Part shown: piece after piece, positions 51,499 through 64,000 of the stretch
Layout: every line of letters starts with the position of its first letter
Position numbering within the stretch: the stretch's first letter is position 1
DNA from: Haliotis rubra
Lineage: Eukaryota
Direction: 5' to 3'
DNA length: 64,000 nucleotides
Assembly (NCBI RefSeq): GCF_003918875.1
Contig: NW_025767319.1
Location: forward strand, 372,001 to 436,000
Notes under the pieces: model-generated
The model's input: only the letters and a program-made list of their open reading frames with translations
Told to the model about the DNA's origin: nothing
Databases searched by the model: none
Translations under genes and position numbers: made by a program

Positions 51499-53240
51499 TA
51501 CAAAGCTGTGTTTCTACTAATATAGACGTCCCTTCAAGGGGTATATTCTTGTTCTGTTTCTCCATTAGGACACTAATACATGATTTAAGTACACTCCAGT
51601 GTACATTATTTTCAGTTCAAAATATAATATACGAATATTATTTTCATTTGTGGCAAATCATATGCCTTTCACATACCTACCCTTATTTTGGCAAAAATAG
51701 TGACTTTTGAAATATTTTGCCTTCTACTAGAAACTCCATGAAATGCGATGGGCCTGTCCTTTGTAACAACTGCATAGTTTATGCCAAATAAAGACTTGTA
51801 TGGTTCTTATTCATGGTAATAGTTGTGAGTTCATAAAGGACAGTCTTGATATGTTGAAATGACATATCAGGATATCAAGTGTTTGGTAGATGTGGTTGTT
51901 TGGTAAGTGTTTAGCTTAGTGTCCTATGTCCAAGCTAATACACGTATCACTGACATGATATGGCCTGGCTTGTGTGTTGTTGCATGTGATTCATTGTTTG
52001 GGGTCGGGTGTGATGCAATGTGAAGAATGTGAGCTCTGGGGATAGTACAGACATTTTATTTCCCTATAAAGGAGTCCACAATGAAAATGTGCTGCTGGTA
52101 TCACGCAATGCTGGCTGAAATAATAACACTGGGTTTAATGTGTGGATGGGGTTACTCAGGGATTGTCCTACTTCACTTGACACATATATGAACTGAAGTA
52201 CGGAGACAATTATGCTGAGCATTTGATGTCTTGTAAAGTTGTTATTTGAATGAGGATTGGCAGATTTCCAAGCCCAACCCACTGCTTTGTGTCAGGTTGT
52301 AGGCGGGTACACACAGGACAACCGATCCCCACCCGCATTGTCAGCTAGTGCAGATGCAGCAAACTTACATTAAGTCTGTATGTTCCTCGAGTCTCTTGTG
52401 TCTGGGACAATCATGGATATTTTGATTTTTGACTTTCTGAAGACATTGAACATATATGAGAAAACTTACCTTCAGAAGTTATTTAACAATAAAATGAGTC
52501 GAGTTCGCACATCTATGAAGATACAACATGAATTTTGTATTTTAAGCTATTATCTTGAAATTGTATCCAATTTCATGCCAATACATTAATAGTTTCCCAA
52601 TAGGACTACTGATGTAAGGCAGAACTTGATAGAAGTATTGTGACATTGTCTCTACGAGACCTAAAGTGTCTCTAGATTGTGAGTGTTTCTCTACTGCACA
52701 TGAACCCTGTATCCACAAGATCTCACCTTTACTGTCATCATGAAGGGCACCTCGAGGGGCTATGTTTGGACAGTGATAAATGTCCAAGGCAGCCACACAT
52801 TTACTTGTGTCTTCTGTGAATGAATGAACATTCCTTAATGTGTCCGGACCCGAGACTATCATGACCTAAGAGGGACTAATATCTACAGCCTTATCAGCCC
52901 GGCCCTTCACAGGGTTCTCGTTTACCCCAGTTCTAAGTGATCTTAAACCTCCTTTTTTAAAAACCTGATTTGAAACATTAACCATACACAAATCCAAACA
53001 TTAGCTTACAATAGTCCCTTAATTACACTCAGTCAGGTTTGTTTTTAGTTTCAAATCCCTCCACAGATTTCACTTGTTAAATATTGTTAGAATTTGTTGA
53101 CTAATCAGCCTAGATGTAGACAATGGAGACAGAAATAGTTTATCCTTGCCCTGTGCTTGCCAGCATGGATTCTAACAAAATTGCCCAGTCAGGCTGATGA
53201 CAAGCAAATTAACAAACCCTGATTAATTAGTCATTTCATT

Positions 53241-53303
53241 ATGAGGGTCCCAAGCTGGTGGTTTGAGGTGAGTGAGCTGGCTTACCTTGCTGACCCACAC
53301 CAG
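53241..53303 (+). CDS. Candidate alternative first coding exon with two in-frame donors, MRVPSWWFE(VSELAYLADPHQ)
   Basis: attATG; gag|gtgagt after 53267 and cag|gtgagt after 53303, both phase 0, matching the PDZ exon. Confidence 0.5.
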
Positions 53304-55295
53304 GTGAGTGGAGTTCAGCCAACACAAGCCACCCTTCCTTGTTCCCTCTGGTATTCAGGAGCAGGGTACACTACCTCGCTATAGCACACAGCAATATTCA
53401 CATGTGTTACTTCTGTAGTGTTGCTGCTGTGGGGAAAAATTGTTCAAATTGGACAATTAATAGTTCATGTGAATTTTTTTTTATCAGAGGCTTTGCTGTT
53501 AGCTTGGAAACATTTTGCCTTATAAAGAATATAGCGACACTATCAGTATACATTTAAAATCCTGATGTTTTCATGAATGAAATGTGGGCATTGAATTTGA
53601 CTTCATGTAGGTAAACAAGCCAGTAATGCATTATTGACAGATATAATTTTGGATATGTAGAAGCCTTTGTATGACATAACCTAAAAATAGCATTCAGGTA
53701 AGGAGTTAGGAGCCATACCACAGAGCCAGCGAGGTAGCGCACGTCACAGTTGGTGTATTGTGTTATGAATGTATGCAGGGTCGTGTCACTGGTCTACATA
53801 CAGGCCTGGTAGAGTGAGGCTGTCTCTTTAAACGCTAGACATCTACCAGGATCAGGGGCTCCGGTAGGGGCCTTACAACTCCACTGAAGCGGGGATCCCA
53901 GGCAGGATCATGAGACATAGGCAGAAGGGATTAGGACAGTCGGGATAGTCCACAACTGAAGCCTGACTGCACTGAACAGTGTCACCGATTACTGAGAGGA
54001 CTGCCAAAGACTGGGATATTGCTGTCTTATCAAGGGACCAAGCTTACTTGAACAGCAATAATGGAAGTACATCATTCTTTTCATTCCCCTAAAGTATTCA
54101 AATATGGTTTTGTGCGGACAGACCTGTGATGTATGGAATTGGACAGCTATAAGACTGTATGTATTCAGGGGTGCTTGAAACTGGATTCACTGAGGGTCAA
54201 GTGATTATATAAGTGTGGATCCGGAATGTGTGTTTCAATGGTGTAACCCACATTGACACTCGTTTATAGCAGAGTGCATTCCATGCATGACATCAGTAAG
54301 ACTAGAATCTGTCAAGGGGCCTGTTGAAGTCGTCTGTCAGCAATAGCAGTGAAGTTTTTAGTTGTAAAAGTCTGCAATAGCCCTGATCAGCTGCCTGGGC
54401 TTAAAGTCTGTGTCAGCGTAGTCATAGTGAGAGAGGTGTGCCCTGATTGTCTCATCAAAATGTACAAAGCTTTCCTGTAAAGTAAAAATGGCCTTACTTG
54501 ATTCAGCTGACTTTACAGAGTTTGTAACGGCTGGATAATTGTTTTCAAGAGGTGACTAGCTGGGGAAAAGTTGCCTGGACAGTGTGTTGTGTGATCCCCC
54601 CTGTTGTGGACTATACTGCTGATAGATTGGATACATTGGATGATACCCAAACCTTTCCACAATTCAGAAGAGGATTTTGTTTTGAATCGATAACAAGGTT
54701 TTCATAGCAGGAAGGGATATCCCTGTGACAGGACTAACCACTTGCTCTGCCAGATAATGCAGAGTCTATAAAAGGAATTACAGATATTTATTACACAAGA
54801 TAACGCGTCCCTTATTTTGTGTGACACTTGGCTAATGTGGGACACAAGTTAAGGAAGGTGTTTGTGAAAGATGTGGAGTGGTTTTAATAGAAAAGTTGTG
54901 TCATGAGAATGTGGGTGTTTGTGTCATCTCTTCTGACAACTGTTCAAGCATTGGAGGAAAACATAGCATGTCAACACAAGTAGATGTTTGACTTCAAATT
55001 GGATCAAGTAATTGACGTAATATGCATCAACTGGCAAACACAAGAGCTTGTTCAGCTTAAGAACAGGTTATGATTATCAACAATATTCAGGTTTACGTAT
55101 GTGATTACTCCAGATACAGCCATTGTTAACATACCTAAGGATTACTGTGTAAGAATATACCATCCAGGTGTCGAAGGTTGTACTGCTCAGTTTGAAGCAA
55201 GTGGGCAAAGGGATTGATTGTATGGTAAGAAAATATAATTTTTGGGTATATAGAAACATTTTAGAGAGGATCTTGTGGTGTCCCCACTTAAACTG

Positions 55296-56570
55296 ATGGT
55301 GGTCACAGAGATGGTGGTGTTTATGGCGAGTCCATTTGAGCGTGGATCACAGGCTTTTAGGAAGGAGCAAGTGTTCCAGCTTGTCCGATCCAGAAGTGTC
55401 AGACACTCTGTAAAAACTGGCAGTGGTGAAATTGTGACGACTCAAAATGGAGTTCAGCCCGAGTCTGCTGGGAAGAGAGGAGACACAAAGCCGGAAAACA
55501 GTGTGGTGCAGGAGAAAATTTCACCAAGAAGGGTTGCTAATGGTTCAGTCCAGACTGGTCTTTATTCTCGAAGTAGGCATAAAAGCTTCGAGCATTTACC
55601 CACCTCCCAAACTGTGCATGATGATTATAAGGTCCTACAGTCTTCCAGTTCTGTAGATTCTGAATTAGATAAAACAGATTCATCAGAACAATCTGATAAG
55701 AAAGTTTTACCAATGATACTTAAAAAGAAAATCAAAGTTATACGAGGGAAAAAGGGCTTTAGAATAATTTCAGGTGACAAGGGACGTTCATCTATTAGTG
55801 CTCAAAGACGCTCCTTATTAAGTGCTAATGAAGAAGTGCTCACACAAAGTGCTCAAAGCAGACCTGAATCAACAGTCTCTGTATCTGATCTCACTCATAG
55901 CCATGACAAGTCTGTTGCTCGACGTAGTAGTGATCATCCACATGTGCCAAAAACTACAACAGAAGTTGATAAAGGAAAAGGAACCAAGTCACGAGTTTCA
56001 TGGTTGGACCAGGAAAAACATCCTCAATTCCAGGCAAAGCTATTGGCTGAGCATCTTCCTCAGTCAAATGTTTTGCCAAAGAAAGACAAGGTGAAAAAGT
56101 CAGTTAAATTTCAGCTAGACAAAATAGAAAGTGATCAGTTAAAATACATTGGAGATAAAGTGTGTGTTGGACAGAGTGATAGTGAACTGATGCAAGTTCC
56201 CCGGGAAACAGGGTTCCAGCTGATAGGGGTTCAGAGAGATTCTTCAGTGGAGAGATTGAAGAGAGATGTAGAGAACCGACTACATGTGGATGGAAAGACC
56301 CATTCTGATGGAGGTGAAAAGAAGGAAAATAGTTTCACTGTGAAGCCTGTTGGAACATCCCAAAGATTGCTCAGATCTGGTGCCTCTTTTTCTGGTGTTA
56401 CAAAACAGTCTCTAACAAAGGAGAAGGTAGTTTCAGGATTTGTGCGTAGGAACAGCATCAAATCCCTTCAACCAGCCGAGCATCAGGACAGCAAGCTGGT
56501 TGTACGAAGATGTGTTATTGGAGGTGCCCTTACATTCAGAGTTGTTCAGCTTCCACCTGCATATGAAGGA
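55296..56570 (+). CDS. Large alternative exon (~425 codons, K/S/R-rich, probably disordered) in frame with the PDZ exon
   Basis: 1.3-kb stop-free non-repetitive ORF in AT-rich intron; gga|gtaagt phase-0 donor 36 nt before the ORF end; in-frame ATGs at 55296/55311/55323; TATAAAAGG at 54767. Confidence 0.72.
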
Positions 56571-59500
56571 GTAAGTGAGGGCTATTTCAGGGATGTTGGC
56601 AGATGAGTAGAACTTAAGAAGGAAGTGTTTTTTAACAATTACTTCTGTCAAGATAAATGCATTCATCTGGGAACACTTGAGCTCCTAGTGTTCTTTGGTG
56701 TGCTGTATGTAATTGATTGAAATATTTAAGTGACATGTTGTTATCTGCCATAAGACATGCAGGTTTGCCTGGAGTCATAGAAAACTGTCAGTCATTGCCT
56801 GTGTTCATTATAGGAACTACATTGACATTGTTCAACGCTAGCTAGTGTCTTTACATGTATGAAACCTCCAGACCAGCCTTGATATGGTCCAAGTTGATTT
56901 GACCAGTGTCAACTGATCAGTTATTTGAGGTATGATGGAAATGTAGGGGTTGAGGGAAGTTTAGTAAACTGTGGCCAGTGTGTGTCAGGCTGACTGTCAC
57001 CTCACTGACCTAGCTATACATCAGACTTAATGATACTAAAAACAATCAGTGTTTAAACTTAGCTTTGGAGGTTATTGTTTAAGATATGAAAGAAATATGT
57101 GTCTAGTTTCAAGCAGAGTGAGTGATGTTCAGTTTGTCCATGACACATGCCATGTTAATGTAGGCTGACACAAGCATGACACATGTTCTGATCATGCCCC
57201 ACCTCCAAGAGTGGACCTGCTGCCACACATTCACTCCTACCTTCAGTCACAAATACCTATGTTCCTACTTAATGTCTTTTTCATTCAGTGTGAAGTTTTT
57301 CTTTATGTAATTCAAGGAGTAATAGTTGAATTAGAACGTTCCATCTGTTCTGGATGATTAGGTCTGTTTCTTCTTGTGGTAAAGAATGTGTCTCCAACTG
57401 AACATTGCAGGTGGGCGTAAGCAGATGTGTATAGCAAATGTTACTCACCTTATACTTCCGTTTACATGGGCTTTCTATTGTCATGTTTTTATTAGTTCTC
57501 AGTAGCATTTACATAGAATACAAATGCTCAGTGCAGTGTAGTGGTAATAATTTGAAAGCCATGTTGAGTATACGTTAGCATTGTGTAATGTCAATGAGTT
57601 GTATGATACATGCCCTGCATGCAGGGCTTCTGTATGTCAGGGGTATTTATAGAGGGCATTAAGTAAGGTGAATCTGGTATGTCGGACATGCAGACAGGGA
57701 GATGGTTGCCGGATTACATGTGACTGGCTTTGTGCGGTTGAGGCTGGCGCCTCTCCCAGCTCTACCTGCACCGATCAACTATGTGGCAGGAATTCACCAG
57801 GTCAGCGTCTACATTCAGTGAAGGGACATTTATAAGCATGACATGCATGCAGATATATCATGTCATACACAGTGTTTTGCAGTCGAGCTTTATTTATGAT
57901 GCCTGTAAATATACCAGCTGAGGTCTCACATAAATGAAGGAAATAAATTCTGTCAGCTGAGGTTATGAACATGAAGTTTAATCTTCTTCATTATATTTTC
58001 CTCAAAGCTGTCTTTCCTGTTAGTTTGCACAGTTCAGATATTGCTCACTGAATTGATTTTTCTGAATGCTTCCTTTCCTATAAGCAGTGTTCTGCCTTGC
58101 AACCACAAAACGGCCTGCAAGAAATTACAGGGCTTAAAAGAGTTGACAAACTAACTGGAGAAGTCATGTGGGTTAGATAAACTGATTTGTGTGTGTAGCT
58201 GCCATTGGATGATAGGGCAAGCAACTTCAGCGGTCTCATGTCTAGCTTTCTCCATCAGTGGACTCGCAAAGGAAGAGTACTTTCATCAATGTCATTCCCT
58301 TGGCACAATACCTCTTCATCTTATGAGGCCAGATTGATAATAGAAGAAGGAAGCATAAAGCCTAGCATAGAGACTCCTTGAAAGTTTTATCACAGTTTGA
58401 TATTAAATGAGGACTCATTAATTCAATCACTATTCCCTACTTGTTCACACTGGCTGTTTGTATTTCGAGATGCCTCTAAAACTGGCAGATTATTGTGGAT
58501 TTAGGCCTGGACATTGATGATTGTCATAAATCCTGTTTAGGAGGACATGTGGACAGAGCTGGGACATCCCTTCCTTGTCACATCTGTCCCCTTGTCAGGT
58601 TGGCCTTGTCTGGCCACAGGACCACTATCATCACTGGACAAACACTTCGTCTTCCATTGTCTGAAACAAAAACTCGAAACATTTATGGTTAGCTTATGGT
58701 TGTTGATTCTTTCAATTAGGAGAAAGGTTTGCTAGTAATCCTTCATTTATTATGGGATTTGTTGGTCCATTGGGCAGCAACTTATTGTACATTGGTCAGT
58801 GAAGCCTCAGTGGATCTTCAGATGGTGACAGAATGGTCAGCCGTAGCCTGTATTTGAGTTTCACAATGGATGGTGGGTGCTGTTGGTGGGATTACCATGA
58901 TTGAAAGCCATTCAGCCAGGATAATGAGCGTATCAACACTCAGTAGTAACAGCTTGTTGATCATCGGACATAGTTCACAGTCACACTTAGGAAATCTATC
59001 ATATTCTGAGAGTTGGACATCCTGTCTTCTTACACATTTCAAAGAATAATGAATACAGACCCTTGAAAGAATGTTTTCAGAAGGGTTGTATCTGGACCTG
59101 CTCAGTGGCTGATGTTCGACCCCTTCATCTACAGTTAGTGTCTGTGGAAATGCAAACTTGTAATTAAATGTTTCCCAATTCAAGTTAATATAGCTATGAC
59201 TAATCTTTTCTCTTTCTTATGTTACATCTCAAATAAGAATGAAGATGCTTATTTTACATTATTGCATTGAATACAATGCTAGAATACCTCAAAATTTAGG
59301 ACAATAAACAGTTTCCCTGCCAAGGTATCTTAGTTTGGAATCCCAGATAAATCTGTGGCAACCTGTCTGTCTGTATACCTTTCTGGAGCATCATCATCAC
59401 CACTCTGTTCCTGCTTCTTTCACAACATTAGGCTGCCTGTTGGTACTTTCTACTGGTTGGGATAGGTTTTTGTGTTAATTTTTATAGGTAGAGTTGATGG

Positions 59501-62500
59501 TTGTTTTTTCAAGAAGTTATGAATATCTCTTTACAAGACTGTAACAGAAAAAAACCTGCCCTACTATTTATCCACTTTGCCTCTGGTGTTTACAAATCAT
59601 TATCAAGATGAATCATAAATTCTGTTAGATGGATTTTTTTAACATTGATCAGTATCATGGTGTTATATTGGTGAAGGTTTTAGAACCAGAGAATTGGATA
59701 TGAGATGAATATATGCGTGCAGTTTCTTTGCTGAGTATTGATAGAATTGAGTGTTCTTGTTTGAGATTCCTTTCCTTGGCCAGTGTTCAATATATTTTTT
59801 GTTAAGGTTGTGTTACTATGCCAACCGGATTGTCTTAATTTTCCCTGATAGAGTGGGCGAGTTAGTTATTGCCAAGAACAAAACAACTGGCAAAATGTTT
59901 TTGGAAACTGCTGCTTCAGAGTGGATCTTGATGTCAGTCTTTCCCATGGTTGATCAAGTAAGAAAATGTTGCATTTTTGCCCAGGTGATTTGTTGGTGTT
60001 TCTTGTATTTGTGATCACATGTTTGTGAGTAATGAGATAAATATCAACAATGCATGGGAATATCTCTGAAGTAACTCTTTCCGTGGAGTTTGTAAGCATG
60101 CCTTATCATGGAGTATAATTAGTGATGTGCACCTTGAAGAGGAAGTGAAACATTTTTCCTCATGCAGTTTGCCTGCTTTACATTATTTGTTTAGAGTTTA
60201 TATGCAGCGGGTCTTTCATTCCTCTATTTGAGGAATGTAATGATGTGTATTGAATTAGGTGGAAATGTGAACACACATTCAGTAAATGATTTGTGAGGTG
60301 ACAGTGAAACTACCTCCTGAACCGTGATCTCACATTCACACAGAATATGTCCACCCAATTCCAGCAACATTCCACTTATTATGAAGAATAGTTGGAGTCT
60401 AACCACCCGAGTGAGGCATGTAAACATGTTGGCCAGTAGTTTCTCCTGCCTGGCTTGTCTTCCATGGCCAGAGATGGAATGTAGGCATCTGTGTTGGTTG
60501 CAATTGATACAAATTATCCAGGTGTGACGGAATTCCCCATATTTTGACACATGAACACGTTGTTACAGTGCTTCTGAACTCAATGGCCTCAGATAATAGC
60601 TTCCAGTGTTGTCTGTCTATGAAAGAGATTTGCCTATAAGCTGTATACAAAATGAGTCTTTTCAGAAAAATGAATTTATAAAAACAAACTTGTTTAACAG
60701 GAACTTTCATAGCTTGAATCTATTTTAAGATCATGATGATGGCTTTTTATGTTAAAGTTTTAAAAGGCACACACAGTTGAAAGCCTTTGGGGTGTTATTT
60801 TAACAGAAGTAAAATGATTCAATTAGTTAAGTATTTGATTATGATTTTGTTTGTTGGGCTGCTGTACTGTGTTGAAAATAGGTACAGTGAAAAACGTATG
60901 AAAATAATCTTAGTAACATGTATGGATACATGCATGAATAAATACAGGTGTAAAGTTCAAACATTGTGCGATTTTGAGAATTTTCTACTTGCGGCATATG
61001 TGACATTTTGTCAGGAAATAGATAGGGTCCTGCATTTAAGTCGACAAAATAAGTCCCTGTTACTTCTTAATGAAACAGGTGCTTGTTGTCTGATGTGCCC
61101 ATCTCGTCCACTGCTTCTAGTTCACCCAGTCTAGCAGACATAGTGGGAAGGTTGGGTTGTGGACAAAACACAGGTTCAACATGCCATGTCAGTTCTTCCC
61201 TAGTCCTCAACTACAAATTGAGGACCTCATTACAAATATTTGAATGTTTAGCTGGCCAAGTGTTAAGGATGGGATGGCTATTTCACAATAGGGTCAACAT
61301 TCCTGTGAAAAACTAACCTGTTTCAATTGGTGGTATTACAGCAATTTCAGCATTTGCCTTTTGTGTGCAGCCAGGGAGTGAAACCAAGAGAATTCCATAA
61401 TTAAACAAACAAGCCGAATAGTTTCTTAAGCTCCACCAGATGCACTCACCCAAAGGAAGGTGGTTCTGTTTAGAAGAGGGTTTACAACCAGAAACATGTT
61501 GGTGGTCAGTAATGATATGTTATTATGAAAGGGAAACATTAATGATGGTTGTAGCAGGAATGTTATGTGAGCCTTGGTAGGAAGGAAGAAGTTGTAGTAG
61601 ACAGGAAGAAGGTATATTTAAGACAAGGCTGGAGTTGGTGCTAAACACATGCAGTATTTCATCTCAGAAGCCCACTTTAACTGATCATCTGTTTCGTTTC
61701 AGTGGCACATGGCATAAAGTATGAAATGTGTTTCAGTTAATTATTAAATTTGAGTTTAAAAAATGTATGAATAATTTTCTGATATGACAGTTTAAGGAAT
61801 AAAATGTGATGTATAGTTATATTGTTGGATTGAGATTGATTAAATGCTTTAAGTATTGATACATTCAGTAAAGCATCATTTCCAGGGTGGGATGAATGAT
61901 GTGTCAGTTACACCTGGTCATACAACATAGATATGCTGGTCTTTAACATCCCACCTTGGGGACATTCATCAATGTATAGTTGGTGTTGATTGGAGGAAAT
62001 TTAGTCGCTTTAATCCACTGAAGTGTTTCTCAGTCTGCTATGGTAGGCATAAACATATTGTTGAAGGAGCCGAATGTTGTGACAAGTCTGATTTATGCAG
62101 ATATTCAATTAAAACAGGTGACAACCAATCAGTAATAATAATGAATAATAACACCAGTGGTTTTGATTTAAAGAAAAGGAAACCTCTTGGAACGTCACAC
62201 AGGGTCAGTGGATCAGAGTTTGTGGGGATAGATAATATATACTTCTGATAGCTCTAGATTGTATCTGTTGTTATTAAAATCCAGCCATAAACTTTTAGAA
62301 TGATGAGAGCAAAGGGCTTGGGGTTGTTCTGTTGTCCCTGCTGCACAGACTCAAGTCTCCATAGGTGGTGGTTATCAGGCCTGATTTATGTGCACTGGGA
62401 GACAGGTACATTCCTTTCTCCTGAGACTTGACTTACACACTGATAAACACTGTCCATGCTGGTCATGTATTCAAGAGTGAAAGTCTGCCTGTATAATCAG

Positions 62501-62537
62501 AGCCAAAAGCTGTTATTTCTCTAGTTAGTGTGTGGCA

Positions 62538-63020
62538 TTTTTAGCTCAACTAAATGACTTTCAATTGACCTTGTGTCTGTTTGTCCGTCATCCGTCGTCA
62601 GTTGTCTGTCATGCGTCATAACCATCCCTTTAGAAACTACTGAACCAATGAAGATGAAATTTCACATACTTGTTCTCACCAATGATGATACCCCAATTTG
62701 TTGGAGAGGTTGGAATAAGATTTTCAATATGGCCATTACAGTCATTTAAGTACAGAATGTTGTTAATTTTATGATATGTATAATTAGTAGTGGTGCTCAA
62801 CATATTTGGCAAAAATTTAAATTTTGATGTTGATTTTACCTTTCCATAATGATGACACTGAGACCTGAAACTTCTGATGGTCATTACTCCAACCTGTAAT
62901 TTAAAATTAAATGAAATTTGTTACATGTATTGTTAAAATTGGGGCTGAGCATAACTCTTCTGTTTTCTTGATGTTTGGAATTTAGTGCCTTTATTTGACC
63001 TTTGGACCTGACCACTTATT
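62538..63020 (+). mobile_element. Decayed HINE-like repeat
   Basis: ttttagctca start, (cgtc)-type microsatellite, tgaaattt/tgacctt motifs; boundaries approximate. Confidence 0.4.
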
Positions 63021-63826
63021 TTGTACATAAATTTTTTTGGGGGTGGGGTCATCCACATTGTACATGCTTCTCCATAAAAAATCATCACTGACACCCACTC
63101 ACCTCTCCCCTAGCCATTAATTATGAACGGTCCCTAAATCAGTGTACAGATCAGTACAAGTCACGCCATTTGATACTGTCCATTCTTTGTTTTATGCTCT
63201 GTTGGAATGGTTAACATCTGATTTTATTGTTATGGCTTGGCAATCATTGATTGCCACTTTGTAGCAGGCACACATGTGACCTAGTAGCATTTACAGGTAA
63301 TTTTGTCCAATTATGTGAGTCAATGAGGCATGCAGGTGAGATATGGATCCCTTGATAGGTGCAGGCATTGTAAGGCTCTTGTGAAGACACTTGATCTCCA
63401 CATAGCTCCCTATAGCACCACCACCTGAAATGGCTCAGTCTGACAGCTGGAAGGGCCAGCTGTTAGGAGAGGCTGCATGGACTCGTCACTAATACCTGTG
63501 GAATTAGGTAGTCCATTTACATTTAGAAGTAGGGTGTTATTTCATTGCAGTTTCCTAAAAATCCATTAGCTGTAAAGTGCATATGAGTACAGATGCTTAG
63601 GTTTAGAGGTAAATGTTGATTTTATGCCCAAGGCATTTCCTGTTTGTCTAATCCTATGATTGTATGAAAGACAAGTACACAGAGTTTGATTTGTGATGTA
63701 AGAGGTGAGGCTGCACATTGATCAACTTTATGTTGACTTCGGCAAGAACTGATTGACAGTTTCAAATGAAGAAAATAAAGAAATATTAGATCTGCAATTT
63801 GTTAATTGCTCTCAACTTTGTTTCAG

Positions 63827-63916
63827 TCTAATGGGAATGGTTATGCTGATGGACATGGGCTGGTTACCATCAGGATGACACCAGACGACTTGGGCAGGTT
63901 CGGCTTCAATGTCAAG
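63827..63916 (+). CDS. PTPN4: PTPN3/4 exon starting the PDZ domain (SNGNGYADGHGLVTIRMTPDDLGRFGFNVK)
   Basis: tttgtttcag acceptor, aag|gtcagt donor, 90 nt, phase 0; LVxIRMxPD..GRFGFNVK is the PTPN3/4 PDZ start. Confidence 0.94.
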
Positions 63917-64000
63917 GTCAGTGTACATACATCAGTCACACAAATATTGATAATTGCATTTTTGAAGCAGATTAAAAAGGTTTTGGTTTAGTTTTGTTTT

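Noticed and set aside
51859-51902. ATG-to-GTAAGT segment MTYQDIKCLVDVVV
   Set aside because: Phase 2 in a phase-0 intron, and joining to the phase-2 acceptors at 55265 or 59852 creates TGA
16330-57455. Nested antisense gene suggested by minus-strand donors (about 16343, 18460, 20386, 27008, 34463, 57449)
   Set aside because: I could not link them into a coherent ORF or recognisable protein; the count is compatible with chance

Overview
AT-rich, CpG-depleted animal genomic DNA. The SINE and Helentron-type repeats look molluscan, probably gastropod/abalone-like (inferred from recall, not a search). The window lies inside one + strand gene, a PTPN3/PTPN4 (PTP-MEG; FERM-PDZ-PTP) orthologue. Nine GT-AG exons join in frame, from mid-FERM (1949) through the FERM-adjacent region and linker to the first strand of the PDZ domain (63916). 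The two large introns (12590-46672, 34 kb; 46815-63826, 17 kb) hold a degenerate but architecturally complete 6.3-kb DIRS1-type tyrosine-recombinase retrotransposon (27432-33716) and minisatellites. SINEs, hAT/Tc1-type MITEs and HINE-like elements occur throughout the introns. The most striking unexplained signal is a series of short ATG-initiated segments ending in strong splice donors whose phase matches the next constitutive exon: phase 2 in the 34-kb intron, phase 0 in the 17-kb intron. They include an N-myristoylation peptide (MGKSASLICG), Cys-containing peptides and a 425-codon exon with RVxF and PPxY motifs. A pair of microexons (31+26 nt) keeps frame only when both are included. I infer a multi-promoter array making FERM-less PDZ-PTP isoforms with swappable N-terminal targeting tags; this needs transcript data.
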